From Callorhinchus milii (taxonomy: Eukaryota): DNA of 64,000 nucleotides. The notes beneath the pieces are model-generated. The model saw nothing but the letters and a program-made list of their open reading frames with translations. It ran no database searches and was not told the origin of the DNA. Location of the stretch: contig NW_024704742.1 of NCBI RefSeq assembly GCF_018977255.1, positions 80,540,001 to 80,604,000 on the forward strand, written 5' to 3'. A program made the position numbers and the translations under genes. This document shows positions 25,895-39,134 of this stretch, piece after piece; position 1 is the first letter of the stretch; each line of letters opens with the position of its first letter.

Positions 25895-26080
25895 GGTTGG
25901 GGTCTGTCCTTGGTCCTCTCACCTTCAACATGCACATGCTGCTTCTTCATGACATCATCCACAGGCATGAGGTCAACTTCCACATATATGCACATGATGC
26001 ACAACTCCATTTCTCTGCCTTCACTTTCAACTCCAGGACCACAGCTGTCCTGACGGAAGATCTGTTAGACATCAATTCCT
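25895..26080 (+). mobile_element. L2 RT core fragment
   Basis: GSVLGPLTFNMHMLLLHDIIHRHEVNFHIYAHDAQL, a degenerate YADD region. Confidence 0.88.
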
Positions 26081-26259
26081 GAACAATTATCTAATGTCAT
26101 CTTCCCACTCTTACTACACTGGGATGAGCTAGGAGGAATAATAGTAATGATAACTAAGAGCTGTACAGCCTTGAAAAGACATTTCTCAGAATAATTATTA
26201 TAGATGTATAAATAATTGCAAATGGAATTAGGATAGGAAACGTAGGGCGATTCTTCCAG

Positions 26260-26500
26260 TGGGACAAGAGGATTTGGTTTCAGAGATGTGAAGTGCAAAT
26301 TTAGGATAAATACTAGGAAGCACTTATTGACACAGATGGTAATTAATGTCTGAAGTGGGTTACCAAAGATAATGATAGAAGCCTGGAGGTTGAATCAAGA
26401 AAAACAGTTGATGGTGTAATAGGCAACAGGAGGGTGCATTTTCTTTCAAGCAGGGATCAAATTGGCCACAATGCCTTCTTCATCTGTACCTCTCTTGACA
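26260..26500 (+). mobile_element. Old CR1 3' fragment
   Basis: 'gggacaagagga...aaatttaggataaatactaggaagcac...acacagatggtaattaatgtctg'. Confidence 0.65.
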
Positions 26501-26649
26501 TTTTGTGAGTAACAGCCTTCAAAGGAGAATTTGTAAATAAGAAGAATATTTCCAGTGAATGATATTCCTCGCATTCACAGCTGTACAACAGAAAAGATAA
26601 TGGAATAATTACGGACCTGGTGGTGGATCCTTTGCATTTTTCTTATATT

Positions 26650-26945
26650 GAAGTGTCATTCAAGTCAAACACCACAGCTATTTTGCACACAGCAATGTCC
26701 CATAAAGAACCATGAAGTGAAAGACCAATTTTATTTGTAGGATTATCAGCAAGGACACTGGGAGATATGCCTTTTTCTTTTCCTATAATACAGAGCTCCT
26801 CCAGGCAACACCTCCTATAATCTACCATTCCGCCAGCTTTTGCACTGGCATATCAGCCTTGACTATCAACTCAAGTCCTGATGTAGTACTTGAATGCACA
26901 ACATCTGCATGACCCAGAGGTGAGATTGTTACCCATTGAGCCAAG
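26650..26945 (-). mobile_element. Degraded Deu-domain SINE
   Basis: 'ttttgcacacagcaatgtcccataaa...aaggacactgggaga...cccattgagccaagg'. Confidence 0.65.
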
Positions 26946-29234
26946 GAGATGCATGCTTGCATAGTTGAGGCGTTCAGAGTGTGGAAGCATTAAGCTTTAC
27001 ATCTAAGAATTGGATCTTGTATAATCCATTCAAGGAATTAATAAAGAATTTACCAATGAAAAGTGTGCCAAAGACAGTGAAAGTATTTGTTGTATTCTCT
27101 CTTTCAAATCCCAACTGGTGCTGCTTTGGGCATCAGTCAAGCCTCAGCTGAACCAGTAGAGATTCAACCTGTATTTGTTTCATCTTCTCTACAGGTTGAA
27201 CTGAGAAGCAGAGAAGTATTCTGTCATGTTGCTGTTGTGCCCAGTATCATGAATATCGTCAACTGTTAATATGTTCCATCTGTGCACCTGCAGTGAAAGA
27301 GGACGGATCCAGGACCAGGAAATGATTCAATTCAGTGAATGTGCAGGTTATGCAAAATGGCCTCAGTATCATCTGAGACACTTGTACCAACTTGCCAGCA
27401 TCTGACAATAATTCCTTTTTTAAGTTTTATTCAGCCCTCTCCTACTGGTTTGTGAGCACTGTTCTGCACAGTGGCCTATTACGAGGTAGATAACTTATCC
27501 ACCGCAAACTTGCTTTGTGTCTGTTGTGAGTATTGATAACCCCATCTTCTCCATGAGGGACCAAGGTTGCAGTCTGACGAATTGGATCATTAGTGTTGGT
27601 TCAAAACTCCAAAGCACTGAACATTTGAACAATGTGTTGGAGAATATGAGGTTACATGATTGGTAACAGAGTGCCTTTTTGGAGAAAAATATGTATTCTG
27701 TTTAGATTTCATCTAGGGATGATAGCAGTTTATTCCAAAGATTTATATTGCTCGATCTTTGGCTGGCTGCCATATTCGGCACAACATGGCAACCACTCAC
27801 AGATACAAAATGAAGAAAAATGATCTAAGGGAGAACCAAGTTGTTGAGCATATATTGCTTTGCCATCCATATTGCCAATGGATGGTTTGTCTTAAACAAC
27901 ATTGGGCTTATTGGCATGTGATAGATAAGATGAATTACATGGTCCATGCATGTCTGAGATACTTAGCTTTATATCCTGAGAGATTGTAATTCTGCTACTG
28001 ACACACACGCTGCCAATTTGTTTACACAAAGCAATTATTCTCAAACCTATCTCCGAGATTGCAGCTTTTCCCCTCCAATTATATGAGCCACACACATAAA
28101 AACACTGTAGGAGTATTTTTGGAAAGGGTAATAGGGCAGAGTTCTCACACAAACATTGTTTTCACACAGCTCAATTAAGCAATAAAGTAGAACAACCAAA
28201 CAGACAACAGAATACTTGCAGCACATGTAACTAAAAAACAAATATGGGAAAGACTTGTACATTGTTCAAAAGAAACACAAAGTTAAGTTGATTGATGGAT
28301 TGATGGAATGATCGATTGATTGATTGGCTCATTCACCTGTGCGCAAATTAATTTCCATGTTCGCCTACACCATCATTACACTTTACACTAAAATCTTGTG
28401 AAGTGTTTTGTAATGTCTCATCACTGTGATGAGGCTTTATATTAAATGCACGGATGATTGATCGATCAATTGATCGATTGAGTGATTGATCGATCGATTC
28501 ATTCATCATTCATTTGTGTGCTTAGAATAATGTACTGATATAATGCAAAAGATGATTGGTTACAAATGTTGCAGTATGCACTAACATTGATGAAACTCAT
28601 TTGTTTTATGTCTCAAATGTCTCAATATACATCATAGTTACTAACTAGATTCCAGAAGTCTATCTTTATTCGTGATGCCCAATTTTTGCAGATCCAGTTA
28701 GGAAATCATAATTTGTTGCCATTTTATTTTGAGTTTTATGACAGTAAAGATGTGCTCTACTGCTTAACTTGCACACATAACAGACATTGTCCAGAAATTG
28801 CATATTAATCGGAGAGGTTTCTTTACTTCCACGTGCAGAGAATTTGCATAAATATGTATGCATTAAAATGAAGCTGCTTGCTATTAAAATGAATCAGCAA
28901 AATCTCGGGAGATATTTTCAAGCTGCCAGAGAGAGTCACTTCAGGCTGATTTTAGACATGGGAAAATAAGGCACACTTTGGTGTATAGAAAATTATCCCA
29001 GAGGAGGCCAAGATGCCAAGTCAACAATACAATGCAACAAATAATCCCAGTGATAATAGTGAGAATGATACTCTGACTCCCTGTGGTATACACCAGGAGT
29101 ATTGATGCAAAAAGCACTTCAGGGGATATTCTGTAAAGTGTAGTCTGTGTGTATTCATGGGCCAACATGGCAGCCAGGTGCATTTGACGACATCCCATAA
29201 TCAGCCATGGAGTATGTGTTGGTCAGGGCAAGTA

Positions 29235-30165
29235 TAATACAACACAAAATTACATTTGTAAAGTACATTTCAAGTCCCAAGGCGCTGAACAGTCAGGGAT
29301 TAGGACCCAAGCGGGGCGGGGGTGTGGGGAGGTTGGTATCAGGGAGGGCGGAGGGCAGAGAGGGTAGGAGGGTGTCTGAAGGTACAATCAAATAGGCGGG
29401 TCTTGAAGCGTGCCTTGAAGGAGGCAATTGAGGGAGCGAATCAAAGGGAATTTGGGATGGAATTCCAGAAGTTGGAGCAGAGAGACTGAAGGTCTGACTG
29501 CTGATGGTGGAGCAGGCTCATTTCCTACTGAGTGAAGGAAGCAGACAGGATAAGGGGTTACAGGTCATAGAGGTAGGAGGAGGCAAGGTCATCGATGGCC
29601 TGGAAGGTGAGTATGAGAATTTTGAACTTGATCCTCTGAGCCAGTGGAGCCAGGCGAAGGTGGGTGTGATAGGGTCACGGAGCCTGGCACGGGGGAGGAC
29701 ATGAGGTGCAGAGTTCTGGATGATCTGCAGCTTGTGGAAGGAAGAGTTGGGAAGCCAACAAGCAGGGCATTGGCATAATTGAGCTGGGATGTAATGAAGG
29801 CATGTAAGGGTTTGGGCGGCCTGAGGGGTGAGGCAGTAGCGGAATCGGGCAATGTGGCAGAAGTGGGGGAAGGCAGAATGGGTCATGGCATGGATGTGGG
29901 GTAGAAAGGACAGTTGAAGTTCGAACAAGACGCCAAGGTTTCTGACTGGCTTGGTGAGGTGGAGCATGCTTCCATGGATGCTGATGCTGCCAGTGCCTGA
30001 GGTGTGGATGCACTCGTGCGAGCCAATCAGCAGAGCCTTGGTCTGGCTGACATTCAATTGTAGAAAGTTGGCTCCCATCCAGTACTTGATGTCTGACAGG
30101 CAGTCTGTCAGGACATCAGTGTTCCTGGGGTCGAGGGTGGAGGCAGAGAGATAGAGTTGGATGTA
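29235..30165 (-). mobile_element. L2 LINE, 5'-truncated
   Basis: MGANFLQLNVSQTKALLIG...VRNLGVLF...LQIIQNSA...LHWL, with the L2 tail near 29250-29290. Confidence 0.93.
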
Positions 30166-31999
30166 TCTTTATCTCACATGAAACCATATACATACTCTAC
30201 AAATCCTGCAGGCTAGAATAGCTACAAAGCTCACTACCAATGCTCTCAAACTACATTCATTTCACTCTCAATCTATAGTAGCCATGGTGACATATTCTAA
30301 TTAAAGCATAATACTGCCTATTCCCTATTAGTGTGGAAATATATATGTCTGAGTCTGTAAGCATTATACTTTTCAGTATTCACAATCAGTCTCTGACTCA
30401 GTAAAAAAATGACATGTTAAGCAAAGAATGCAAGATGTTTTGCTTCCTCTGTTCTAGGGTTCCCAACACCTTAGTGACAGACCTTACAGAGCTGTTAGTT
30501 CTACTTTGGCGAACTCCCTGGTTAATTCCATTCTGATCACCTCTTTATTCCAGTTATGCAACACTCTGTCGTGATATGATCTAAACTCAGTCGAGTCAGA
30601 GAAGAATTTCTGTGGATCTGTGTGACACAGATCTGCATTCAATCCTTTGCAAATCCATATTGCAACTCATGCATTTTCAGATAACCTACTTTCTTCATGC
30701 AAGCTTCTGGGACAACATGTTTATAATTTTTTTATTTATTGTGCAACAGAATGTGGTTATTGCATGTAACTCAAGCTAAATACAATTATAAAAGCACATT
30801 TCTGAATCATGATGACACTATGGGGAATGTCACATAACAGGAACAGTATTCCTATAGAAAAGGAAAGTGCATTAATCTTAACAAATTAATGCATCCAACT
30901 GAAGTTGTTTTCTATCAGTTGACTGTACATCTCTTTAGTCAATTGCAGGACATCACTGCCCTGCAGCAAACTATTTAAGTTCCTGCTGCTCAATTTTCAT
31001 GACAGAATATGTGGTTCATTAGTTTGCAGTTGCAGTCCCCTCTGTATTCAAAGATAAAGCACTTTACAGCAAATTGCTAATATTTTATGCAATTTTATTG
31101 GGGTCTACAAAACACTACTACAGCGATCAGAGGCAATCTTATGTTTCCTTCAGGAATCCCAAAGCAGATTCAAAGACCAAGTTTGTGAATTTAATGTTAA
31201 TTAAATTTGATTGTTAATTCTGTTCTGTTAGTTCATGGCTTCTGTATGTGCGATTTTCTCTCACAAGTTTTCTTGAGTACAGTACTAACCCATATTCAGT
31301 CCCTCAACAACAATCCTTTTAGACAGTCATCTTGTGTTTAAAACACTGGCATATATAAACTCTTAATAATGAAAAAGTGAATTTAATAATGAATCGCATG
31401 TGAATTTAGCTGCACTCAATATAATAATATGACTGTGGTGTTATCTTTTATCTGCATGTTTGAGTGTAGCACACTTATTGATCAATAAACAGTAGTATTT
31501 TTTTAAAAAATCCTTGCATTTAATATAGTGCCTTATCACATTGATGAAACATTTCAAAGCGCTTCACAGAATATACTGTAAAGTGAATTGACTATATTTT
31601 CTGGGCAAAAGGATCTGATGAGATGAAATATGCCAGACATGATGTATTAATTGACACAGATGAGCTAATTTAAGGCACAATGAAATTTGCGACCTTCTGA
31701 TCATAACCGCATCAAATGATTCCCTTGTGCTGGCGATGGTCCACACATTGGACTTCCAACTCATGGATTGCAGCATTGAATTGCCAGTTAGTTGGATTGT
31801 GATTGAACTAAAAGCAAAATCACAATGAAGCATCTCGCGAACAAGAAACCCAATACCACAATCTTCAAGCGCAATGTGCACCATGGACAGTTTCTCAATG
31901 TGACCTTTCAGAAGTATGTTGAAAGAGAAAGGGATAGCCACAGCATCCAGGGATGAGTCAATATGTAATTATTATAATGACACCAATTTTAATCCACAT

Positions 32000-32290
32000 G
32001 TTAATTGAACTGCAATATAAATTTACATAGCCCCTTTGTGTAGAAAAAATATCTCAAAGTGCTTCTTAGAGACAGAACAGGAGCACCAACAGGTTGGAAA
32101 ATAAGGAGGAAAGTAGAAGATGGTGGAAGGCACAGTTAAAAGTAGTTTTCTAGTTGTGACAGAGGATGTAAGGCGAAGGGATTCAGGGGCAAAATGGCTG
32201 AGAGCTCTCCCAGCTATGGTGGGGTGGAAGGAGAGGAGGACTTGAACTGGGATGGAGTTAGCAGAGCAAAGAGAGAGGGTGGGAGAGTAT
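32000..32290 (-). mobile_element. Old L2 3' end
   Basis: Tail 'aactgcaatataaatttacatagccccttt' and a purine-rich antisense 3'UTR. Confidence 0.6.
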
Positions 32291-33954
32291 TATGATAAAT
32301 GTTAATTAACACATCATCAATTTTCACCTGACAATGCAATGTGTGGGGACTTAACCTCATCAACCATTGCATAGTGTGGAAGGAATTTATGAAGTGAAAA
32401 GAGAATGCTGCCGTAGCTTCAGTAGACAATTGTACATAATTTGACACGGTGCTTTGCTGTGCACAATGTCACTGTGATCTACCCCAGGAGCTTGAAAGGA
32501 CCCCACAGCCAAAACAAATGTCAGGGCTGATGTGACTTCTAATTTGCTTGCAACATTGATGGTGAAATTGGCAGAAATACTGTCCAACTACTGAATAATT
32601 GAATCACGTATCTTTGTGCTGTAGAATGTTGCAAATAAGTAGTTAATTGTAAAATGGAAGTGAGCTGTGTGACAATAGTTGTAATAATCCTCACTTTTGA
32701 TATAGCGCCTTTCAGGTTGGAAGGATGTCGCAAAGTGCTTCATAGATTATACAGTAAAGTGGAGCAACTGTGTATTTTGTTGGTGAACAGACAGTGTGCC
32801 AGTATTATTAATAGCACCAAAAGAACAGATCCTTCCCTCTCCTCAGCTGCCTTCTCCCCCCTCCTTTCCCACAAGATCATTGTGATATATAATCCAAATA
32901 CTTTGAGATGATACTCTGCGTAAGGGGGGCTGTACACATATGTGTTGTTGTTGTTGTATTTCCTTGAGCAAGGAACCAGAATCAGGAATGTTTCAAGCTG
33001 GAAGAAGCTAGTGAGACTTTTTTTTCAAAAACACACATCCACTTATACATTTGCCTCAGGCAATCCTAAGAGCAGCCAGGGAAAAGCTCAGATCTACACA
33101 AATGTGACCTTCATAGTTACGAGTACTTTCAGCTCCAACAAGATAATCATGGCAAACCTTTTTGCTCCAGCAATGTCCCACAAACAGCTATGAGGTGAAT
33201 GACCAATGCATCTGACGGACCACTGCAAAAAAAATTGGGGTTTGGCCTGTCACTCTTTCCTTCATGGAGAAGACTTAAAATAAACTTGTATCCTGCACAT
33301 TTTTTAGCCCCAGCATGAAAGATTTGGATCTCACATTGTGGGGTTTCAATGTCACTTTACTGGGTATAGACAGAATTGATTTAACATCCTGTAACATGAC
33401 ACTTTAGACTAAATGTCCACAACTGTTTTGGAAACAAAATTATTGTCCACTGACATGAAATATTTAAATAAAGAAAAACTACATTTAATATGATATCCAT
33501 CACTGGTAATAATTATCTCATGGACAAAAATATCTTTCATGTCAGAAGAACATCCCGAAGCACTTCACAGGTACACTGAACCCATTCTCATGAAGCAACA
33601 CAGAAACAAATAAACTATGGTTCCGTGCAACTCCTGTGACCAGTGATAACTATCTACTACTTTTGAACACATTTTCTCTCCATGTGTTAATTGTCACTCG
33701 TCAAAAAATGCATAAGACTCGCCCCCCCCCCCACACCCCTCCCCCACCCCATCCCATTGATCCAGTTGATGTCCAATTGCAACGACTGGTAAGCTGATTT
33801 CTGGGAAAAGAACCACATGACATTAAACAGCATCAACAACAGGGCACATACACTCAAAAGAAACACTGTCTGCTAGGAAGCTTATGAGATGTATGTGATC
33901 CCTGTCACTGGGATTTAATATGCAGTGATACTAACGGGACTTTTTTTTAAAAAG

Positions 33955-34270
33955 AATTGGTCTGCCCAGTGTCTGATCAATCCAAAAATCCACTACCATA
34001 CTTAAGACTATCAAAGCAAACGGAGAATTCCACATATGTATGCCACCTATGCATGGAAATGTCCCTATGTCTGAAACAGTATGTGCACTTTCTCCCTGGA
34101 GAGATGTACCCTGCTTACCCAAGTCTGGCGAATATTAGGCGCAGGTTGGTAAGGGCTGCAGTTTGGGTATCTCAGGGTATTGCTGGACTTTAACCAGCAA
34201 AAAACACATAGCTTGTCTATGAAGGCACTGTCTGTAAAGTTTCCTGTGGCTTGTCCGGCTACGACCATCC
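33955..34270 (+). repeat. Unassigned old dispersed repeat, copy A
   Basis: Shares ordered blocks with the copies near 53625, 55185 and 61820: tggtc..tctga, cttaaga.tatc, catggaaat, tctccctgga, cttacc.aa, tattaggc.cag, ctgga.ttt.accagc.aaa, aa.gcactg. Confidence 0.8.
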
Positions 34271-35496
34271 AATTTAAGTTTTATATTGCAGAATTAACAT
34301 GAACTGAGTGGGAAGTGGGCTTTCTTCATCCCAGCCTCTCTTTTAATCTCATGAAGTGACTTTTTGGCCTTCTTAATAAAGATTTCTGTTGGGAATCAGC
34401 AGAAATGGTTAGATTTTACTCTTGGTAACAATAAAATAATAATCCTTGTATTACATTGAGTGTCTTTTATGTTGGAAGGACATCTCAAAGCGCTTCTCAG
34501 GATTTATTGGAAAGTGTAGTCGTTTATAAACAAAACAACTTACTGTTTGAAACCATCCCCAAGGTAAGTCAAAAGTGTTGAATTTGCATCAACTTAGTTG
34601 AAAAGATTGTAGATTGTTACACTGGCATTGAGAGAACAGCACAGTTTGAATCCCACTCTCATAGGGTCAAGCATAATGGTGGAAATCTGTCTGCCTGCAG
34701 GCTGTACCAATATACGAGTGAAGAGAAATTGTCGAAAAGGATTTGCTGTCAATTTGAAAACAAAATACTGTGCAGTAGAAACAAGCAGAATTATAATAAG
34801 CAAGGAAGAGAATCGAAACAACACTTTCCTTTTCAGTTGATGCTCTGTACCAGTCCGCAGTGCCCAGAAACTGTACCACTGTAGAAATTGAACCTATGCT
34901 GTGATTTCACAATGTTAAAAATTCAGTGACATTGGATCTCTGGCACACAATCTTAATTAGATCTTGTTGCAGTGCCAGTGACACTTAATCGTTCTACATG
35001 GTAGGAACAATTTACAATTTTACCCAGCGAGAAGCCTTTACATTGAGCCAGCATTAGAAACATAACAGGGCATCAAAACATACTTTTTTTTTTAACCATG
35101 TGTCGAGTCCTGTTTCAATTCCGCATAATTAACATAGTCTTGCAAACTGCAAAGGATATCATTTTGGATGCTTACAAACCACACAAATTTCCCCTATTGC
35201 ATCTTCTTCAACTCTTCACTAATTTTAATTGGGTTGTTTTGAACTCGGCTAATCTTAATTTCAAGTGCCCCCCATAGACTAGGAAATCAGTTTCCTGCAA
35301 GGAAGGAATATTCATAATAATATATATGTTTTCATCTTTTAAAGATGAAAAGGAAGCATTCTGAAAGGGAAAGCTGAATATGAACTGTAAGGTGAGGAGT
35401 AGCATTTCCAATTAGATTCCTAAACCCAGCTCTCTGTGTGAATTCAATGCAGCTGTGGAAAAAGTGCAAAGAGCACAAAAAGTACTTTGCGTACTA

Positions 35497-36734
35497 CAAC
35501 AACAACAACAACAAGATTCCATTTATAAAGCGCCTTTCACGTCAGGAGGACGTCCCAAGGCGCTGCACAGTTGGGGGTCATGACCCGAGCAGGGGGGAAA
35601 TGGTCAGGGTGAGGGGAGGGAAGGGAGGGAGCGAGGAGGGGGGAAATGGTCAGGGTGAGGGGAGGGAAGGGAGGGAGTGAGGAGGGGGAAGAGAGTCGAG
35701 AGGGGAGCTGAAGGCTCGGTCAAAGAGAAAGGTTTTGAGATCGGCCTTGAAGGAGGAAAGGGAGGAGGCGGCGAAGGCACTGGGGGATAGAGTTCCAGAG
35801 CCTCGGGGCTGAGAGGCTGAAGGCCCGACCACCGATGGTAGGGCGGTTGGGGCGGGGGACGTGGAGCAGACAGGAGCCGGAGGAACGGAGGGTACGGGCA
35901 GGTAGGTAGGGGGATAGTAGGTCGGAGAGGTAGGAGGGAGCGAGGCCGTGAATGGCCTTGTAGGTGAGGATGAGGATCTTGAAATCAATCCTCTGGGGGA
36001 TGGGGAGCCAGTGGAGGCGAGCGAGGGTGGGAGTGATGTGGTCCGAAGCCTGGTGCGGGACAGTACACGAGCTGCAGAGTTCTGAATGACCTGCAGCTTG
36101 TGGAGGGAGGTGGCGGGAAGGCCGGCGAGGAGAGAGTTCCCATAGTCCAGCCTTGAGGTGACAAAGGCGTGAACCAGGGTTTCAGCAGCGTGAGGGGTGA
36201 GGTAATGCCGTAGTCTGGCGATGTTCCGGAGGTGATGGAAGGCGGTGCCAGTTGTGGTGCAGATGTGAGGGAGAAAGGACAGCTCAGGGTCGAACAAAAC
36301 GCCGAGGTTCCTGACTGGCTTTGAGAGGTGGAGAGTGCAGCCTTGGATGCTGATGGTGTCGGCGCCTGAGGTGCGGAGGCGCTGACATGAGCCAATCAGG
36401 AGGGCCTCGGTTTTTCGCACGTTGAGCTGAAGAAAGTTGTCTCTCGTCCAGGACTCGATGTCGGACAGGCAGCTGTCAGAACATCGGTGGTCGTGGAGTT
36501 GAGAGTAGAGGAGGAAAGGTAGAGTTGGGTGTCATCCGCATACATGTGGAAGTTAACTCCATGTCTGCGGATGATGTCACCGAGGGGGAGCATATAGAGG
36601 GTGAAGAGGAGGGGACCGAGGACAGAGCCCTGAGGGACCCCACATGAGACAGTACGGGGGGTGGAGGAGAAACCATTCGTCGAGACAAAGTGAAGACGGT
36701 GAGAAAGGTACGACCTAAACCATTCAAGGACAGT
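35497..36734 (-). mobile_element. Young 5'-truncated L2 LINE (RT C-terminal half and 3'UTR)
   Basis: [41 protein letters not shown] and FKADLKTFLF motifs. CpG-rich, with a (ttg)n tail and candidate TSD tacta at 35492-35496 and 36735-36739. Confidence 0.96.
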
Positions 36735-36779
36735 TACTAGTGTAACAAAGGCAGTCTAATCCCTTCAGTAATATTAATA

Positions 36780-37115
36780 ATTAGTCTACTTGGCTCACAA
36801 GAGAGAGGAACCGGGTTCGATTCCTGGAAGGGTGAAACCTTTGGCAAGTTTCCTTATTCCACACGCCACTATTTACCTAACAGTAAGTAGGAACCCAGTC
36901 ATCAGTCGATTGGCGTATCACTTTCTGGGGATAACAATCCCTCAAAAAAAATTTGGTTATTCGAACTACGACGGTTTGTGGGACATTGCTGTGTGCAATT
37001 GACTAGCGCGTTTCACTTACAAATACACAGTCAATCCACTTTACAATATATCCTGTGAAGAGCTTTGAAATGTCTCAACGATGTAATAAGGCGCAATATC
37101 AAATGCAAGGATTCT
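36780..37115 (+). mobile_element. tRNA-SINE, long form, 5' eroded
   Basis: B-box gggttcgattcc, 'tttacctaacagtaagtaggaaccc' and an aaatgcaaggatt tail. Confidence 0.9.
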
Positions 37116-38039
37116 TAAATGCAATAATTATTATCGACATCTGAATGCAAACTGCTCTTTCTTTTTGAATTATAAGCAATGTATATCTAATCCAACCTTC
37201 CCATGCCTCAGCAACATTCATTATTTGGAATTGAACACTTATTGATATAATGTTATGTTGATCAGTGAACAAACTGGACCTTTCTCTTTAATTTCTCCCA
37301 ATGTAAAGTGCACTGTACTTAAATTCAAATTAAAAATCTTCATCTAGTGCTAATATTCTTCCAATATTAATGTTAATATTTGTCTAATCAGAAATCCATG
37401 TGACATTCAGATGCATTAGGATGGATTAGAAATAGAATCTCTTCATCTTTTACAATCTTTTGCACCCTGAGTGATGTTTATTTATTTTTAAAGACATAAA
37501 CATTCACTGTGGACAAGCTGGAAACCACTGAATCCTACCTGGATATCCCATTATAAAATGCTTCTTTGACCTAACTTTGTGATTTATGAAAGTGTAACAG
37601 TTTCCATTACAAGGAAAACATTATGAAATCACTGTGTGGAATATGATTTTTCACTCCATAGAATCAGATTTTTTCACAACTGCTTTAATACAATAATCAC
37701 TTTGAATCTGATAATAATTTCAATCAATAATTAGAGATGAACATTCCTTCCCCCTCCTCCTCCCATTTTTATGTTTTTTTGGGATCTTTAGCCACTTTTC
37801 TAAATTGTTCAGTTGTTATCTTGGACACCTGTAAGTGGTAATAGCAATAGGTTCATTTTTATGAACTCTGAAGACAACAATTAAATGCTATTTCACAGGA
37901 TAACGGTTCAGGCAAGCCAATGTTCCTTTTTTTTNGCTGCATAAAAAAGTCATTCTCCATGATTGGAAGCATTGGTAGCCATCAGGCCCCAAATGGATTT
38001 GAAGATTTTCATTCTCCCAATTGGACAGAATATTACGAT

Positions 38040-38890
38040 ACAAAGGATAACAACAAATTATATTTATGCAGCATCTCTCACGTTTGGGGAACATCTCAAA
38101 GAACTTGACATTGCTGGCTGGATATCCAAGCTAGAGGTAGGAATCCAAGAGGGTGGAAATGGTGTGAAAGATAACCAAAAGTATGGACAAAGTAGTATAT
38201 CCTGGAGGCAGGCTTTGAATGTGCAGAGGCAGGGGACAGATCAGAGGTACTCCATCATCAAGATCCAGAGAGAATGGTACTATTGTTCAGATAAAAATAG
38301 ATATAATAGATTAAATTGATTGTTATCCTGTGAAAAAGTAGTCAAAAGTTGCCACCAGTTCATAAAAACATATTAAATTAGGTGTGCTCATCCTATATGG
38401 CTGTTCAAGATATTATCCAAGCTATTTTCAGAAATGATGACAGAGCAGATTATTGTGTTGAAATCCATGGGGAGCGGAGGTGTTCAACTACAACTCATTG
38501 ATAATCAGCAACTGAAACTCCAGCAGTGCTTCTTAACAAAATCAATATCAACAAGTTGTCCTTCTATAGCAGTTTTTATAAAGGAAAATCTCTCAAAGAA
38601 CTTCACAGAGGACCACAGTGGGCAGTGTGGGAGCGAGGCAACAGGAAGGAGGTAACAGTCTTAGCAGGGACTCTTAGCAGGGTTTTGAAAGCAAAGAGGA
38701 TGGGTTTGAGTCAATAGGATATGGGGAGAGTGATCCAGACAGCAGGAGGGAGTGGATGGAGTAAGAGGGCCATAGCAGATCACAAAGGCAGTGTGGGACA
38801 AGGACAAGGGCATGGGGGCATTTGAAAGTTAGACTAAAGATCTTAAAGTGCATTCAATGGAGAATAAGCAGCCAGTGAAGCTTGGTGATT
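38040..38890 (-). mobile_element. Two old L2 3'-end remnants (about 38040-38270 and 38560-38890)
   Basis: Tails 'caacaaattatatttatgcagcatctctcacg' and 'caacaagttgtccttctatagcag', each followed by G-rich antisense 3'UTR/ORF2 sequence. Confidence 0.6.
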
Positions 38891-39134
38891 CAGTATCACA
38901 TTGAATCATTTGTGAAATATTTAATTTTTCACCCTTATATCTGCTGTTGAAAAAAAATAGATTTTGTTTAACATTACGTAATAATGAAATGGATGTACTG
39001 AACCAAAGGTACATAAATAGACTGTTCATTGTGAAATAGAACAGCTTCATAAGGCCTCTGTTCTCACTTATTCCACTTCAGTTCAAGCAGTCTTTTGATA
39101 ACTATTCTCCCTGATGCTCTTGAGCTCTTTATTT

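Noticed and set aside
28288..28520. CRISPR-like or regularly spaced repeat array
   Set aside because: It is degenerate (GATT/GATC)n microsatellite flanking a SINE tail. The DNA is eukaryotic, with no constant repeat-spacer period and no cas genes.
34501..34563. 63-nt in-frame exon DLLESVVVYKQNNLLFETIPK with a strong donor
   Set aside because: The acceptor and the first part lie inside an antisense SINE tail, the polypyrimidine tract is poor and no homology was recognised.
35650..36420. 256-aa ORF as a host gene
   Set aside because: It is a frameshifted L2 ORF2 fragment.
37925..37935. Ambiguous base N after poly-T
   Set aside because: A homopolymer sequencing or assembly ambiguity, not biology.
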